Shown here piece after piece: positions 1 to 10,751 of a DNA stretch of 64,000 nt; position 1 is the stretch's first letter; each line of letters starts with the position of its first letter. The notes beneath the pieces were generated by a model. That model was not told the DNA's origin. It did no database searches and worked only from the letters and a program-made list of their open reading frames with translations. The translations under genes and the position numbers were made by a program. This DNA comes from an uncultured Gemmatimonadaceae bacterium (GTDB lineage Bacteria; Gemmatimonadota; Gemmatimonadetes; Gemmatimonadales; Gemmatimonadaceae): NCBI GenBank assembly GCA_963751275.1, contig CAVVTZ010000012.1, positions 32,001 to 96,000 of the forward strand, given 5' to 3'.

Positions 1-619
1 CGCCGACATGACCTGGTTCATCGCCAACGGCTTCGTGAGCGCGCTCCTCGCCGGCAACGCGGTGGGCGTGCACGACATCGAAGCATCCATCTTCTCTACG
101 ACGCTCGGCATGACTTCCGGCGGCGAGGCCACCAGCGGCGGTCACGGCCTGCACATGCGCGCCATCAACCAGGTGCGCGCCGCGGGCTCCATCGAGGAAG
201 CGGTGAAGCGCGGGATCGTGAAGGACGGCATCATGCACGCCTGCGTGACCCACAAGGTGCCGTACGTCCTCGCGGGATCGATCCGCGACGACGGCCCGCT
301 CCCCGGCGTGTACGCCGACATGGGCGCCGCGCAGGATGCGATGAAGGTGCACACGGTGAAGGCCACGATGGCGATCCTCGTCGCCACGGCGCTCCACGCG
401 ATCGCCACCGGCAACATGCTCCCCGCCTTCGTCACCGAACCCGACGGCTCGCTCCGCGAACTCACGACGATCTGCGTCGATTCCTCGGAGTTCGTCGTCA
501 GCAAGCTCAAGGATCGGGGCACGCACCAGGCCTTCGGCGTGGTCACGAACGCGCAGGACTTCATGCACATCCTGCGCCTCTACGTGGAGCGCGAGCTGGG
601 CGCCGGAGCCGCGAAGTGA
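1..619 (+). CDS. TIGR00300-like (LOR/SDH conserved domain; ornithine cyclodeaminase-like) protein, 5'-truncated by window edge
   Basis: Motifs LLAGNAVGVHDIE, GIMHACV, YVLAGSIRDDGPLP and LHAIATGNMLP are typical of this family; the frame is open from the window start. Confidence 0.75.
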   Translation, partial: ADMTWFIANGFVSALLAGNAVGVHDIEASIFSTTLGMTSGGEATSGGHGLHMRAINQVRAAGSIEEAVKRGIVKDGIMHACVTHKVPYVLAGSIRDDGPLPGVYADMGAAQDAMKVHTVKATMAILVATALHAIATGNMLPAFVTEPDGSLRELTTICVDSSEFVVSKLKDRGTHQAFGVVTNAQDFMHILRLYVERELGAGAAK

Positions 620-1005
620 GCGGCACCGGGCGCGAGCGCTTCCTGCGCGCGATCGCGGAGCATCTGCCCGACGCGCGGATCGACGAGATCCGGCTCTTCG
701 CGCCGCTCAAGCAGGGTGGCGTCGAGAGCGGCGTCGCGGTGATCACGGTCGCGCTGCCTAGCGCCGCCGACGCGAAGCCGCGCTACACGATCTACCGCGC
801 GCAATACCGCCTCACGCTCAAGGGCGCCGAGCGCGGCAAGTGGGACATGTCGCTCACCGAGGATGCCGATGCACCGGGCGGCACGGTGGACGACGTCGTA
901 CGCGGCGTGCTGCGCCGCTCCGCCGACGAATCGGAGCCCGAGCGCCTCTCCGGCGACGCGCTGCACGCCGCACTCCTGGACGGCACATGGACCGGCGCGG
1001 TCTGA
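616..1005 (+). CDS. Hypothetical protein
   Basis: GTGA overlap with the upstream stop; GC3-rich codon usage; overlaps the start of the next gene. Confidence 0.7.
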   Translation: MSGTGRERFLRAIAEHLPDARIDEIRLFAPLKQGGVESGVAVITVALPSAADAKPRYTIYRAQYRLTLKGAERGKWDMSLTEDADAPGGTVDDVVRGVLRRSADESEPERLSGDALHAALLDGTWTGAV

Positions 1006-1439
1006 TCGACGAGTTCACGGGCTACCTGCGCGCGCACAATCTGCCCGTGACGCCGCAGCGCGTGGCCGTCGCCGAGGTGCTGCTCCTCCGCGACCGCCAC
1101 TTCAGCGCGGACGAGATCGCGCGGGAGCTCGCGCGCGACGGCGTGAAGATCGGCACGGCCACGATCTACCGCACGATCGAGGTGCTGGTGAAGAGCGGCC
1201 TCGTCGTGGAGCGCGACTTCGGCGAGGGCTTCCGCCGCTTCGAGAGCGCGCGCGACATGCCCCAGCACGAGCACGTCCTCTGCACGGTGTGCGGCCGCGT
1301 CGTGGAGTTCCAGGATGAGCGCCTCGACCGCATGACCACGCTCATCGCCGAGTCGAAAGGCTACGCGCGCCAGCGCCACCGCCTCGTGATCTACGGCGTG
1401 TGCGAGCCCTGCCGCTCGGGCCGCGCGGGGCGCACATGA
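987..1439 (+). CDS. Fur-family transcriptional regulator
   Basis: TPQR, HFSADEI, ATIYRTI, HEHVLCTVCG and GVCEPC motifs; ATG at 987. Confidence 0.92.
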   Translation: MDRRGLIDEFTGYLRAHNLPVTPQRVAVAEVLLLRDRHFSADEIARELARDGVKIGTATIYRTIEVLVKSGLVVERDFGEGFRRFESARDMPQHEHVLCTVCGRVVEFQDERLDRMTTLIAESKGYARQRHRLVIYGVCEPCRSGRAGRT

Positions 1440-2165
1440 GCGGCGCGTCCACCTTCGGCGTCTTCGTGGCGTTCAGCGCCGGCGTGCTGAGCTTCCTCTC
1501 GCCGTGCGTGCTCCCGCTCATCCCGAGCTACATCACATTCATCACCGGCATGAGCCTCGACGAAGTGCAGCAGCACCGCCGCACCGCGGTCATCCACTCG
1601 CTGCTCTTCATCACGGGATTCACGATCATCTTCCTCCTGCTCGGCGCGTCGGCCAGCGCACTCGGCCAGGTCGCCTTCCAGGCGCGCAACTGGGTCGCGC
1701 GCGTGGGCGGCGTGCTGATCATCATCTTCGGTCTCTACCTGCTCGGCGTGTTCGACATCACGCTCTTCAGCCGCGAACGCCGCCTGCACCTCGCGAGCAA
1801 GCCGGTGGGCCTGCTCGGCACCGTGCTCGTGGGCATGGCCTTCGGCGCCGGCTGGACGCCCTGCATCGGTCCCGATCCTTGGCGCGATCCTCACGTACAC
1901 CGCGAGCACCGCGAGCCTGTCGAAGGGACTCGGCCTACTCTTCGCCTACTCGATGGGACTCGCCGTCCCCTTCCTGGTCGCCGCCGTCGCCGTGGACCAG
2001 TTCATCGACTGGTTCGCGCGGTACAAGGGCATGATGATCTGGGCGAACCGCATCGGCGGCGTGATCCTCATCGTGATCGGCGCGCTGCTGGTGACCAATT
2101 ATTTCACGGTGCTGGCGAGCTACCTGCAGGCGCTCACCCCTGATTGGCTGCGGACGCGCATCTAA
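1436..2165 (+). CDS. ccdA: Cytochrome c biogenesis protein CcdA (DsbD transmembrane domain); frameshift near 1870
   Basis: AGVLSFLSPCVLPLIP and GWTPCIGP motifs; continues in another frame (YSMGLAVPF). Confidence 0.9.
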
Positions 2166-2167
2166 CT

Positions 2168-2258
2168 GCAGGCGTTGGTCGAAAGGCAGTCGTTGGTCGT
2201 ACGCGTTTAGAACCGCTAAACGCGTACGACTAACGACTGCCCTTCGACCAACGCCTGC
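2168..2258. repeat. Long palindrome (43-bp arms, 5-nt loop, 2 mismatches) between convergent genes
   Basis: 2168-2210 gcaggcgttggtcg...cgcgtttag pairs with 2216-2258; contains GTCGTTG-type heptamers. Confidence 0.95.
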
Positions 2259-3992
2259 CTAATACCCCACCGCCCCTCCACTCGTCCTCCGGTCCACCAC
2301 GCCCACCCATCCCTCCTTCGTTCGTCCGATCGCGAACACTCGTCCGATGAACGGGTCGCCGCCGAAGTCGGCGACGAGCACGCGGTGCCCCATCGCCGTG
2401 AGCGAATCGACCACCGGCTGCGTCAGCGCGCCCGCCTCGTACCGGATGGTGTCCGGCCGCGCCTGTTCGTGGATCCGAGGCGCGTTCACCGCGTCCACCA
2501 GCGGCAGGCCGTAGTCGATCACCCCGATCAGCACCTGCAGCACCGACGTGATGATGCGCGGCCCGCCGCGCGCGCCGAGGATCAGCGTCACCCGGTTCGC
2601 CGAATCGAGCACGATGGTCGGTGCCATCGCGCTCAGCATCCGCTTGTGCGGCGCGATCGCGTTCCGCTCGCCCTGCACCAATCCGTACATGTTCGCTTCG
2701 CCCGGCCGCGCCGTGAAATCATCCATCTCGTCGTTCAGGAAGAACCCCGCGGCGGCGACGTACACGCCCGATCCGTACAGATCGTTGAGCGTGGTCGTGG
2801 TAGCGACCGCGTTCCCCTTCGCGTCCACGACGGAGTAGTGCGTCGTGTTGACGCCCTCGGGAGCGCGTCCCGCGCCGGCCGGCGACTGCCGCTCGGCATC
2901 GGCCGTGGGCGTCGCGCTGTCCTTGGAGATCGCCGCGGCGAGGCTCCGTCCGTACGCCTTGCTCACCAGCTGCGCGATCGGCAACGGCGCGAAATCCGGA
3001 TCGCCGAGCAGCGCGTTGCGGTCCACGAACGCGCGCCGCAGCGACTCGGCCAGCAAATGGGTCTCCATCGTGCCGCGCACGGGCGGCAGCGGGCCGAACG
3101 TCTCCAGGATGTTCAACGCCTCGATCGTGGTCACGCCGCCGGAGGAGGGCGGCGGCATCGAGATGAGGGTGTACCCGCGATACGTGCCGACGATCGGATC
3201 GCGCCATGCCGGGTGGTACCCTTTGAGATCGGCGAGCGTGATGATGCCGCCGTCCCTCTTCTGTTCATCGGCGATCGCCTTCGCGACCTCGCCGTCGTAG
3301 AAACCGCGCGCGCCGTGCGCCGCGATCGCCTTGAGCGTGCGCGCCAGCGCGGGCTGCACGAGTCTCCGGCCCGCCACGAGCGGCTTGCCGCCGGGCATCA
3401 GCAGCTTCGCGCCGTCGTACCGGGAGATGAGCCCCCCCAAGTGTTCGATCGAGTTCGCGAACGCCGTGTCCACGACGAAGCCCTTCTCGGCGAGCCGGAT
3501 CGCCGGCGCCATCACGCGCGCGAGCGGCAATCGCCCGAACTCCGCGTGCGCCGTCGTGAGGCCCGCGACCGAGCCCGGCACCCCGGATGCGCGCGGCCCG
3601 ATGATGCTCGCCTTGTTCGCGCCGCTCGCGCTGTCCATGTACATCTCGCGCGTCGCGGCGCTCGGCGCCATCTCGCGGTAGTCGAGCGCCGCGGTGCGGC
3701 CGTCGGCCATGCGGATCACCATGAATCCGCCGCCGCCAATGTTGCCAGCCTCGGGATAGGTGACCGCGAGGGCGAATCCCACCGCCACCGCCGCATCGAC
3801 CGCATTCCCGCCCGCCTTCAGGATCTCGACGCCCGCGGCCGAGGCGAACTCGCTATTGGACGCGATCATCGCGTGCACGCCGCCCACGGCCTCGCCCGCG
3901 GTGGCGCGCGGCCCCGGCGCCTGCGCGGCCGCGGTCGAGATCACGAGTGCAACAGCGACGGATCCGATGATTGTGCGAAGCAATGAACGCAT
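2259..3992 (-). CDS. ggt: Gamma-glutamyltransferase
   Basis: Signal peptide; GGNAVDAAVA, DYREMAP, autocleavage motif TTHYSVVD, NDEMDDF. Confidence 0.95.
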   Translation of the reverse strand: MRSLLRTIIGSVAVALVISTAAAQAPGPRATAGEAVGGVHAMIASNSEFASAAGVEILKAGGNAVDAAVAVGFALAVTYPEAGNIGGGGFMVIRMADGRTAALDYREMAPSAATREMYMDSASGANKASIIGPRASGVPGSVAGLTTAHAEFGRLPLARVMAPAIRLAEKGFVVDTAFANSIEHLGGLISRYDGAKLLMPGGKPLVAGRRLVQPALARTLKAIAAHGARGFYDGEVAKAIADEQKRDGGIITLADLKGYHPAWRDPIVGTYRGYTLISMPPPSSGGVTTIEALNILETFGPLPPVRGTMETHLLAESLRRAFVDRNALLGDPDFAPLPIAQLVSKAYGRSLAAAISKDSATPTADAERQSPAGAGRAPEGVNTTHYSVVDAKGNAVATTTTLNDLYGSGVYVAAAGFFLNDEMDDFTARPGEANMYGLVQGERNAIAPHKRMLSAMAPTIVLDSANRVTLILGARGGPRIITSVLQVLIGVIDYGLPLVDAVNAPRIHEQARPDTIRYEAGALTQPVVDSLTAMGHRVLVADFGGDPFIGRVFAIGRTKEGWVGVVDRRTSGGAVGY

Positions 3993-4099
3993 TCGGCATC
4001 TCCCGGTTCTCTTGCGACGACCGCGCGACGACGGGTAACTTAGCCCGCGTGCCGGGGCGTTGCCACGCGCCGCGCGCTCTCCTCTTTTGACGAGCCGAC

Positions 4100-5029
4100 T
4101 TGCCTCCGTCGCCCGAAGATCCCCGCCTCACCGAGCGCCGCAATCCGCGCACCACGCGCATCGATCTCGCGGCGCCCTCGGAGATCGTGGACCTCATGCT
4201 CGCCGAGGACCGCACCGTCGCCGACGCGGTCGCTTCCCAGAAGACGCAGATCGCGCGCGCGATCGAACTCGCCGAGGCGTCCTTCCGCGCCGGCGGGCGC
4301 CTGATCTACGTGGGCGCCGGCACCTCGGGCCGGCTCGGCGTGCTCGACGCGAGCGAGTGCCCGCCCACCTTCGGCACCGGTCCAACGATGGTGATCGGCG
4401 TGATCGCGGGCGGCCTCGACGCGCTCACGCACTCGCAGGAAGGCGCCGAGGACGTCGCCGCCGACGGCGCGGCGGCGATGAGCAAGCTCCAAGTGAGCGC
4501 CAAGGATCTGGTCGTGGGCATCGCCGCCTCGGGCGCCACGCCCTACGTGCGCGGCGCACTCGAGCGCGCAATGGAACTCGGCGCGCACACCGCGATCCTC
4601 GCGTGCTCCGCACCGCCGGCCGATCTCGCGAAGAAGGTGACCGTCGCGATCGTTCCGCTCACCGGGCCCGAGGTCATCACCGGTTCCACGCGCCTCAAGG
4701 CCGGCACCGCCACCAAGATGGTGCTCAACATGATCTCCACCGGCGCGCTCGTGCGCATCGGAAAGACCTATGAGAATCTCATGGTCGATCTGCGCCCGAT
4801 GAGCGCCAAGCTCGTGGACCGCGGGGAGCGCATCGTGATGGAGTTGTGCGGCGTGGACCGCGCCGCGGCGAAGCAGGTGATCGCGGCCGCCGGCGGCAGC
4901 GTGAAGACGGCGATCGTGATGCAGAAGCTCTCGCTCTCGCGCGCCGCTGCCGAGGAGAAGCTGCGCGCCGCCGGCGGCGTCATCCGCCGCGCGATGGAAT
5001 CCGCGCCCCCGCCATCCAAGCGCGGGTGA
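4100..5029 (+). CDS. murQ: N-acetylmuramic acid 6-phosphate etherase
   Basis: TERRNPRT, YVGAGTSGRLGVLDASECPPTF, GSTRLKAGTATKMVLN. Confidence 0.95.
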   Translation: MPPSPEDPRLTERRNPRTTRIDLAAPSEIVDLMLAEDRTVADAVASQKTQIARAIELAEASFRAGGRLIYVGAGTSGRLGVLDASECPPTFGTGPTMVIGVIAGGLDALTHSQEGAEDVAADGAAAMSKLQVSAKDLVVGIAASGATPYVRGALERAMELGAHTAILACSAPPADLAKKVTVAIVPLTGPEVITGSTRLKAGTATKMVLNMISTGALVRIGKTYENLMVDLRPMSAKLVDRGERIVMELCGVDRAAAKQVIAAAGGSVKTAIVMQKLSLSRAAAEEKLRAAGGVIRRAMESAPPPSKRG

Positions 5030-6165
5030 CGCCCGGCGACTCGGTCATCATCGGCTTGATGTCCGGCACCTCGGCGGACGGCATCACCGCGGCCGCCGTG
5101 CGCTTCATCGACAGCGGCACCCCCGCTCCTGATCTCGAGCTGCTCGCGAGCGTCACGCGCGAATATTCCGCAGCGCAGCGGGGCCGCCTCCTGCGCGCCG
5201 GCCTCGAGCAGCCTCCCGAGGCGATCACGCGGCTCGATTTCGAACTCGGCGAATGGCTCGCCGACGCCGCGCGCGCCGCGATCACCGCCGCACGGCTGCG
5301 TCCCGGCGACGTGCGCGCCATCGCCTCCCACGGTCACACCGTGTGGCACGCCGGCGCGCACGGCACCTGGCAGATCGGTCAGGCCGCGGTGATCGCCGAG
5401 CGCACGGGACTCGACGTGATCAGCGATTTCCGCGTGCGCGACGCCGCCGCGGGCGGGCAGGGCGCGCCGCTCGTCGCGATCGCGGATGCGCTGCTCTTCG
5501 CCTCGCCCGATCACGCGCGCGCGCTCCAGAACCTCGGCGGCATCGCGAACGTGAGCGTCGTGCCGCCGCGCGGGAGCGCCGAGCCGGTGCTCGCTTTCGA
5601 CACGGGACCCGGCTGCGGCGTGATCGACGGCGTCGTGCGCCGCCTCGTGCCGTCGCTCACCTTCGACGTGGACGGCGCCCTCGCCGCGCGCGGCACGGTC
5701 ATTCCGGCGCCGGTGGATGCCGCACTCGCCGATCCCTACTTCGCCGCGCCCCCGCCGAAGTCCACCGGCCGCGAGAAGTTCAGCGTCGAGTACATCGCGA
5801 ATGTCATCGCGCGCTGCCAGGCGGCCGATCGCAACGCCCGCCCGGAGGACATTGTCGCGAGCGCGGTGTCGCTCACGGCGCGCAGCATTGCACTCGCGTA
5901 CCAGCGTTTCGTTCCGCCCGCGCTCGCCGACGTCCTGCTCTCCGGCGGCGGCGCGAGGAACCCCACGCTCGTGCGCGCCATTCGCGAAGCGCTCGCCCCG
6001 CGCACCGTGCGCCTGTTCAGCGAGGAATTCTTCGACGACGATGCGAAGGAGGCCGTCGCCTTCGCGTTCTTGGGATGGCTGCATCTCGGGGGACGCCCGG
6101 GGAATGTGCCCTCAGCGACCGGAGCGACCGGTCCGCGTGTTCTGGGGAAGTTCACGCCGCGGTGA
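5026..6165 (+). CDS. anmK: Anhydro-N-acetylmuramic acid kinase
   Basis: GLMSGTSADG, GGQGAPLV, NLGGIAN, FDTGPG, KSTGREKF, KEAVAFA; GTGA overlap with murQ. Confidence 0.95.
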   Translation: MTPGDSVIIGLMSGTSADGITAAAVRFIDSGTPAPDLELLASVTREYSAAQRGRLLRAGLEQPPEAITRLDFELGEWLADAARAAITAARLRPGDVRAIASHGHTVWHAGAHGTWQIGQAAVIAERTGLDVISDFRVRDAAAGGQGAPLVAIADALLFASPDHARALQNLGGIANVSVVPPRGSAEPVLAFDTGPGCGVIDGVVRRLVPSLTFDVDGALAARGTVIPAPVDAALADPYFAAPPPKSTGREKFSVEYIANVIARCQAADRNARPEDIVASAVSLTARSIALAYQRFVPPALADVLLSGGGARNPTLVRAIREALAPRTVRLFSEEFFDDDAKEAVAFAFLGWLHLGGRPGNVPSATGATGPRVLGKFTPR

Positions 6166-6319
6166 AGGGCTCCAACAACACTGCTTTGACAGGATGACAG
6201 GATTTTCAGGATGCACGGGATGACTGCCCTGCGCCTCACGCGCAGGGCAGTCATCCCGTGCATCCTGAAAATCCTGTCGTCCTGTCAAAGCAGTGTTGTT
6301 GGGGCCCTTCACCGCGGCG
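6155..6319. repeat. 80-bp-arm palindrome (CTGCTTTGACAGGAT family) overlapping both flanking stop codons
   Basis: 6155-6234 pairs with 6240-6319; the two mismatches are T:G; 9-bp GGAT periodicity. Confidence 0.95.
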
Positions 6320-7743
6320 CGATGAGCCCCGCGATCCTATCCGCCGGCACCGCGTACACGATACGCCCCGCCGCTTCGCGCGCGCCGCCGTACACGACGC
6401 CGATCACGCGGCCATCCGGGGCGAACACGGGACTCCCGCTCGAACCCTCGCCCGCGTACGCATCCACCTGCAGCACGTCGTCCAGGTGCTTGCTCACGGT
6501 GCCCGCCACGAGCGTGGAGCGCGCGATGATCTTCGTGCCGCTCCCTTCCATTGGCGTCTCGGTGCCCAGCGGATAGCCGATGATGGCCACCTGCGCGCCC
6601 ACGGGAATGTCCGCGGTGCTGTGCGCGATGCCGCCGACCACCGGATACGTTCCCGGCGCGTCGATCTGCAGCAGCGCGAGGTCCGCGTCGGTGCTCGAAC
6701 GCACCACGTGCGCGGGGAGCCATGTCTTCGTGTCGCTGAAGATGAGCAGCACCTGCCGCGGCGTGTGGCCGTTGCTGTCGCTCACCAGGTGCCGGTTGGT
6801 GATGACGTAGCCCGCGGCATTCACGCCGAAGCCGGTGCCGCTGAAGCTGTGCCCATCGGGCCACTGCACCGCCACGAGCGCCACCGCCGGCCCGCTCTGC
6901 TGGGCGATCGCGGGATAGCTGATCGCCGCCGAGAGGATGTCGTGGCGCTTCGTCTCGCTGCGCGACAGCTGGCTCGCGATCGCCTTCGCATCCGAGCCGC
7001 GACCGGCGAGCTTCAGCGCGGATTGCAAGCGGTCGATCTCCAGGCGCGACGCGCTGAGCGCCGAATCGATCCCCGCCATCTGGCTGCTCATCGTGAGCAC
7101 GCGGTCGGCGAGTACGTTCTGCAGGCTGTCGTTCTCGGCGCGCTTGGCGGCGAGCTCCGCGTCCAGGCGGTCGGCCTCCCGGCGTCCCACCCAATACGCG
7201 GCGATGAGCGCGATCACCACGAGCGCGAGCGCGCCCATCGCCCACCGCCGCAGTTGGCGCGTGTGCGCGCGCACGGCCACCGCGATCCGCTCCGTGGTAG
7301 AGCCCGCGGCGCTCTTGGGCGCACCCGCCCCCACCGGCCCCGTCTTCTCGAGCCGGAGCCCGCGCAGCGCCGGGCTCGTCGAACCGAGCGCCTGCTTCGG
7401 GAACTCCGTGGTGTCGCGCACCATGTAGGGCGGCGCCAGCAGCCGCACCGCCACCTGCGGACCGTGCGCGCCGAAGGTCAGCACGTCGCCGTCGCGCAGC
7501 ACCCAGTTCCCCGGGATGCGCGCGCCGTTCACGAAGGTGCCGTTCGTGCTCTGCGTGTCGCGCAGCACGTACTCGGCGTTGACGACCTCGATCTCGGCGT
7601 GGCGCGCCGAGACGTCGAGGTCGAGCTGGGCATCGAAGCGGAAATCGCAGAGCGGGTTGCGGCCCAGCGGGATCGAGCGACTTCGCGAACTGCTCGCGCT
7701 GGCCGGCGCGCGCGCCGCGCAGCACCCGCAGCTCGAGCGTCAC
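6309..7743 (-). CDS. FHA domain + TM + coiled coil + trypsin-like serine protease; frameshift near 7675
   Basis: FHA motifs GR...VSARHA...STNGTFVNG; protease motifs GTGF, TNRHLV, DLALL, GSSGSPV. Confidence 0.85.
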
Positions 7744-8970
7744 GGCGTCTTCGTGCGCGCCGCGGTGTCGGTGGTGTCCCCGGCTGGCGGCGCGGTCACC
7801 GGCGCCGCGGCCGCGTGCGGTCCCGTGCCGCGCAGCTGCCGCGCGAGCAGGAACAATCCGAGCAGCGCCAGTGTCGCGGCGAGCGCCGTGATCACCGCGC
7901 GCCGCGTGTCCATCGCGCCACTCGACGTCTGGATCGGACGCTCCGCCGTCACGCTCTGCGCGGCGTTGGTCGCCGAGTTCGGCAGCGGCGCCGGCGACGC
8001 GCGGCGGAACGTGGGCGCCGTGGGCGCCTCTTCGCGCGGTATGCCGCCCTGCGGGGTGGCTCCCGGCAGCGCGTACACCGCGTGCCCGACTTTGTCCGAG
8101 GAGCCCGATGCCTGCAGCCCGGATCCTTCCACCTTCGCGACGATCGCCGGTGATGTTGTCCGGGCCGCCATTCTCGTTCGCGCGGTCGATCAACTGGCGG
8201 CACGCCTCCACGAGATCCTCCGTGCCGGTCACGACCTCCGCGATCTCCTCCTTCTTCACCAGCCCCGAGAGGCCGTCGGTGCACAGCACGATGATGTCGC
8301 CCTGGCGCAGCTGCTGGTGCGTGAGGTCGATGCGCACGGTGGGCTCGGGACCGAGCGCCTGCAGGATGATGTTCCGGCGCTCGCTGCGCTCGGCTTCCTC
8401 CTGCGTCAGCTCCCCGGCTTCCACCAGCCGCTGCATGAGCGACTGGTCCTTCGTGATCTGCATCGCCTCGCCATTGCGGATGACGTACGCGCGGCTGTCG
8501 CCCACCTGCGCGAGGTACAGCGTGTCGCCGAGCAGCCCGGCAACGGTGGCCGTCGTACCAAGGCCGCGGTGCTCGGGGTGCTCCAGCGCATACGCGAAGA
8601 TCTTGGAGTTCGCCGCCTCGGTGGCCGCCTTGAGCGCGCTCGCGAACGTCTGCGCGTCCTTCTTCTCGCCGTGCATCCAGCGGTCGCGCATCTCCTCGTA
8701 CACGGTGTTGATCGCGAGGTCGCTCGCGATCTCGCCGGCCGCCGCGCCGCCCAGCCCATCGGCGACCATGAAGAGCGTGCCGCGCCCGCCCACGTGGTGC
8801 GTGCGCACCTCCGGCTGCAGCGAGGCGTTCTCGGACGAGAGGTCGGCAACGAGGAAGGAATCCTCGTTGTGGTCGCGCACGCGCCCGACATCGGTGCGGC
8901 CGAAGACGTGTACGATCACGTCCATCGGCGCCCCCTCGGACGCGCGGCCGGGATTAGAAGGCTCGCTCAC
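7740..8970 (-). CDS. PP2C (Stp1/PrpC) Ser/Thr phosphatase with C-terminal TM; frameshift near 8150
   Basis: GRVRDHNED, VADGLGG, VGDSRAY, LCTDGL, GGPDNIT; tail continues in another frame. Confidence 0.9.
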
Positions 8971-8995
8971 GCCAACAACCTACGCAAAAGTGCGC

Positions 8996-10746
8996 TCACT
9001 TGCACGTCAGATCGTACAGGGACGAGATCCCGCTGGCATCGGGGTGCCGTTTGTCCTTCCGGATGCGATCGAGGATGTCGCAGGCGCGCGTCTTCGCGGC
9101 GGAGTCGTCGCGCTTGTCGGCGCGCTGCAGCAATGCCTCGCTCATGTGATACCAGGCGGTGACGCTGTCCTGCTTCGTGGCGAGATACGGCATGGCCTTC
9201 CGCAGGAGCGCCATCGCCATGTCGGGGTGCTCGTTCACGATCATCTGCGCAGCGCGCTGCACCTCGGCGTTCGCGCGCACCGCGTCGTTCCCGCCCGATC
9301 CCGGCACCCAGTTGTTCGCCGTGGTGTCCGCCGGCGCCGGCGGCGAGGTGGGAGGCGCAGCGGGCGGCGCACTGGTCGGCGCACTGGGCGGGCTCGGGCG
9401 CGCCAATGGTGCGGGCGGGCGAACCGCGACGCGAACCGTCTCGACCTTCACTGGCGGGACCGCCGTCTTGGTGTCCGCCAGCGGCGGCGTCGTGTCGCGA
9501 TGCGCCGTGCTGTCCATCGCTTTCTGGAAATTCTCCGTCGGGGTTCCCGTGCCCGTCAGCGCCGCCTTCTGTCCGCCGCGCGTGATGACCGCGCCCCAAT
9601 GACCACCGCCGCAACCACCGGGCCTCCGATCAGCAGCCCCAGGATCTTGGCCCTTGACTGCGTCACCGCCGTCGAGGGCCGCGTCGCCGGCGCCAATGCG
9701 CGGGTCGCTCCCGCCAATGGCCGCGTCTCGCCGGTCCCGACGCGCGTCGCGGGCACCGCGCCGATCACCTTCGTCGCGCCGTCCACATCGCCTTCGATCG
9801 GCGCCATGCCCTCCACCGCTCCCGCGAACGCCGCCGCGAACTCGCCCGAACTCGCCGGCCGCCCCGACGACTCGCGATTCAGCCCGCGCTCCATCACCGC
9901 CTCGAGCGCCGGCGGCCACGCCACCCCCGGCCGCGTCTCCGCCAGCGTGCGCGGGCGGTCGGTGAGCCGCCGGATCATCGTCTCCTGCGCCGAGCCCTCG
10001 GCGTACGGCAGCTTGCCGGTGAGGATGTGGAAGGCGACGAGCGCCAGCGCGAACGTATCGCTGCGCGCATCCACGGCGTCGCCCGCGAGCTGCTCGGGCG
10101 ACATGTATTCCGGCGTGCCCACCACGAGCCCCGTCTTCGTCACCTTCTGTCCCGTGCCGTGCGCCGACTTCGCGATCCCGAAATCGACGACCTTCACCAG
10201 ATCGGTGCCGTCGCGGTTGCGGGCGATCATGATGTTGTCGGGCTTGAGATCGCGGTGGATGATCCCGCGCTCGTGCGCCGCGTCCAGCGCGCTGGCCGTC
10301 TGCTTGATGATCAATGCCGCGCGCGCCGGCGGGAGTGTGCCGCTCTGCTCGACGATCGACGTGAGCGGCGATCCTTCGACGTACTCCATCGCGAGATAGA
10401 TCAGCCCGTCGCTCGTCTCGCCGAAGTCATAGATCGCCGCGACGTTCGGATGCGTGATCCGGCTCGCGTTCGCGGCCTCGCGGTTGAAGCGGCTGATCGC
10501 GTCGGCATCCTGCATCATGCCGGGCGTCATCACCTTGATCGCGCTCGGCCGCCCCATCTTCACGTGCTCGGCGAGGAAGACCTGCCCCATCCCGCCCTCG
10601 CCGAGCTTCTTGATGATGTGATAGCGGTCGGCGATCACCGCGCCGATGAGCGCGGCGCCCGGCGGCACGCGCAGCGTCGTGCCGTCCTTCGGGCAGAACT
10701 TGATCTCGGCGTCGTATTCTGAGCCGCACTGCGGACAGATCCGCAC
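8996..10746 (-). CDS. Hanks-type Ser/Thr kinase with N-terminal zinc ribbon, TM and extracytoplasmic helical domain; frameshift near 9593
   Basis: CPQC..FCPKDG, LGEGGMG, HRDLKPDN, DFGIAK, GTPEYMSPE; GTG start at 10746. Confidence 0.92.
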
Positions 10747-10751
10747 TGCGC

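Noticed and set aside
2160..2260. Integron attC sites
   Set aside because: ATCTAAC fits RYYYAAC but there is no matching GTTRRRY at the other end; the other palindromes also lack the pair, and no integrase is present.
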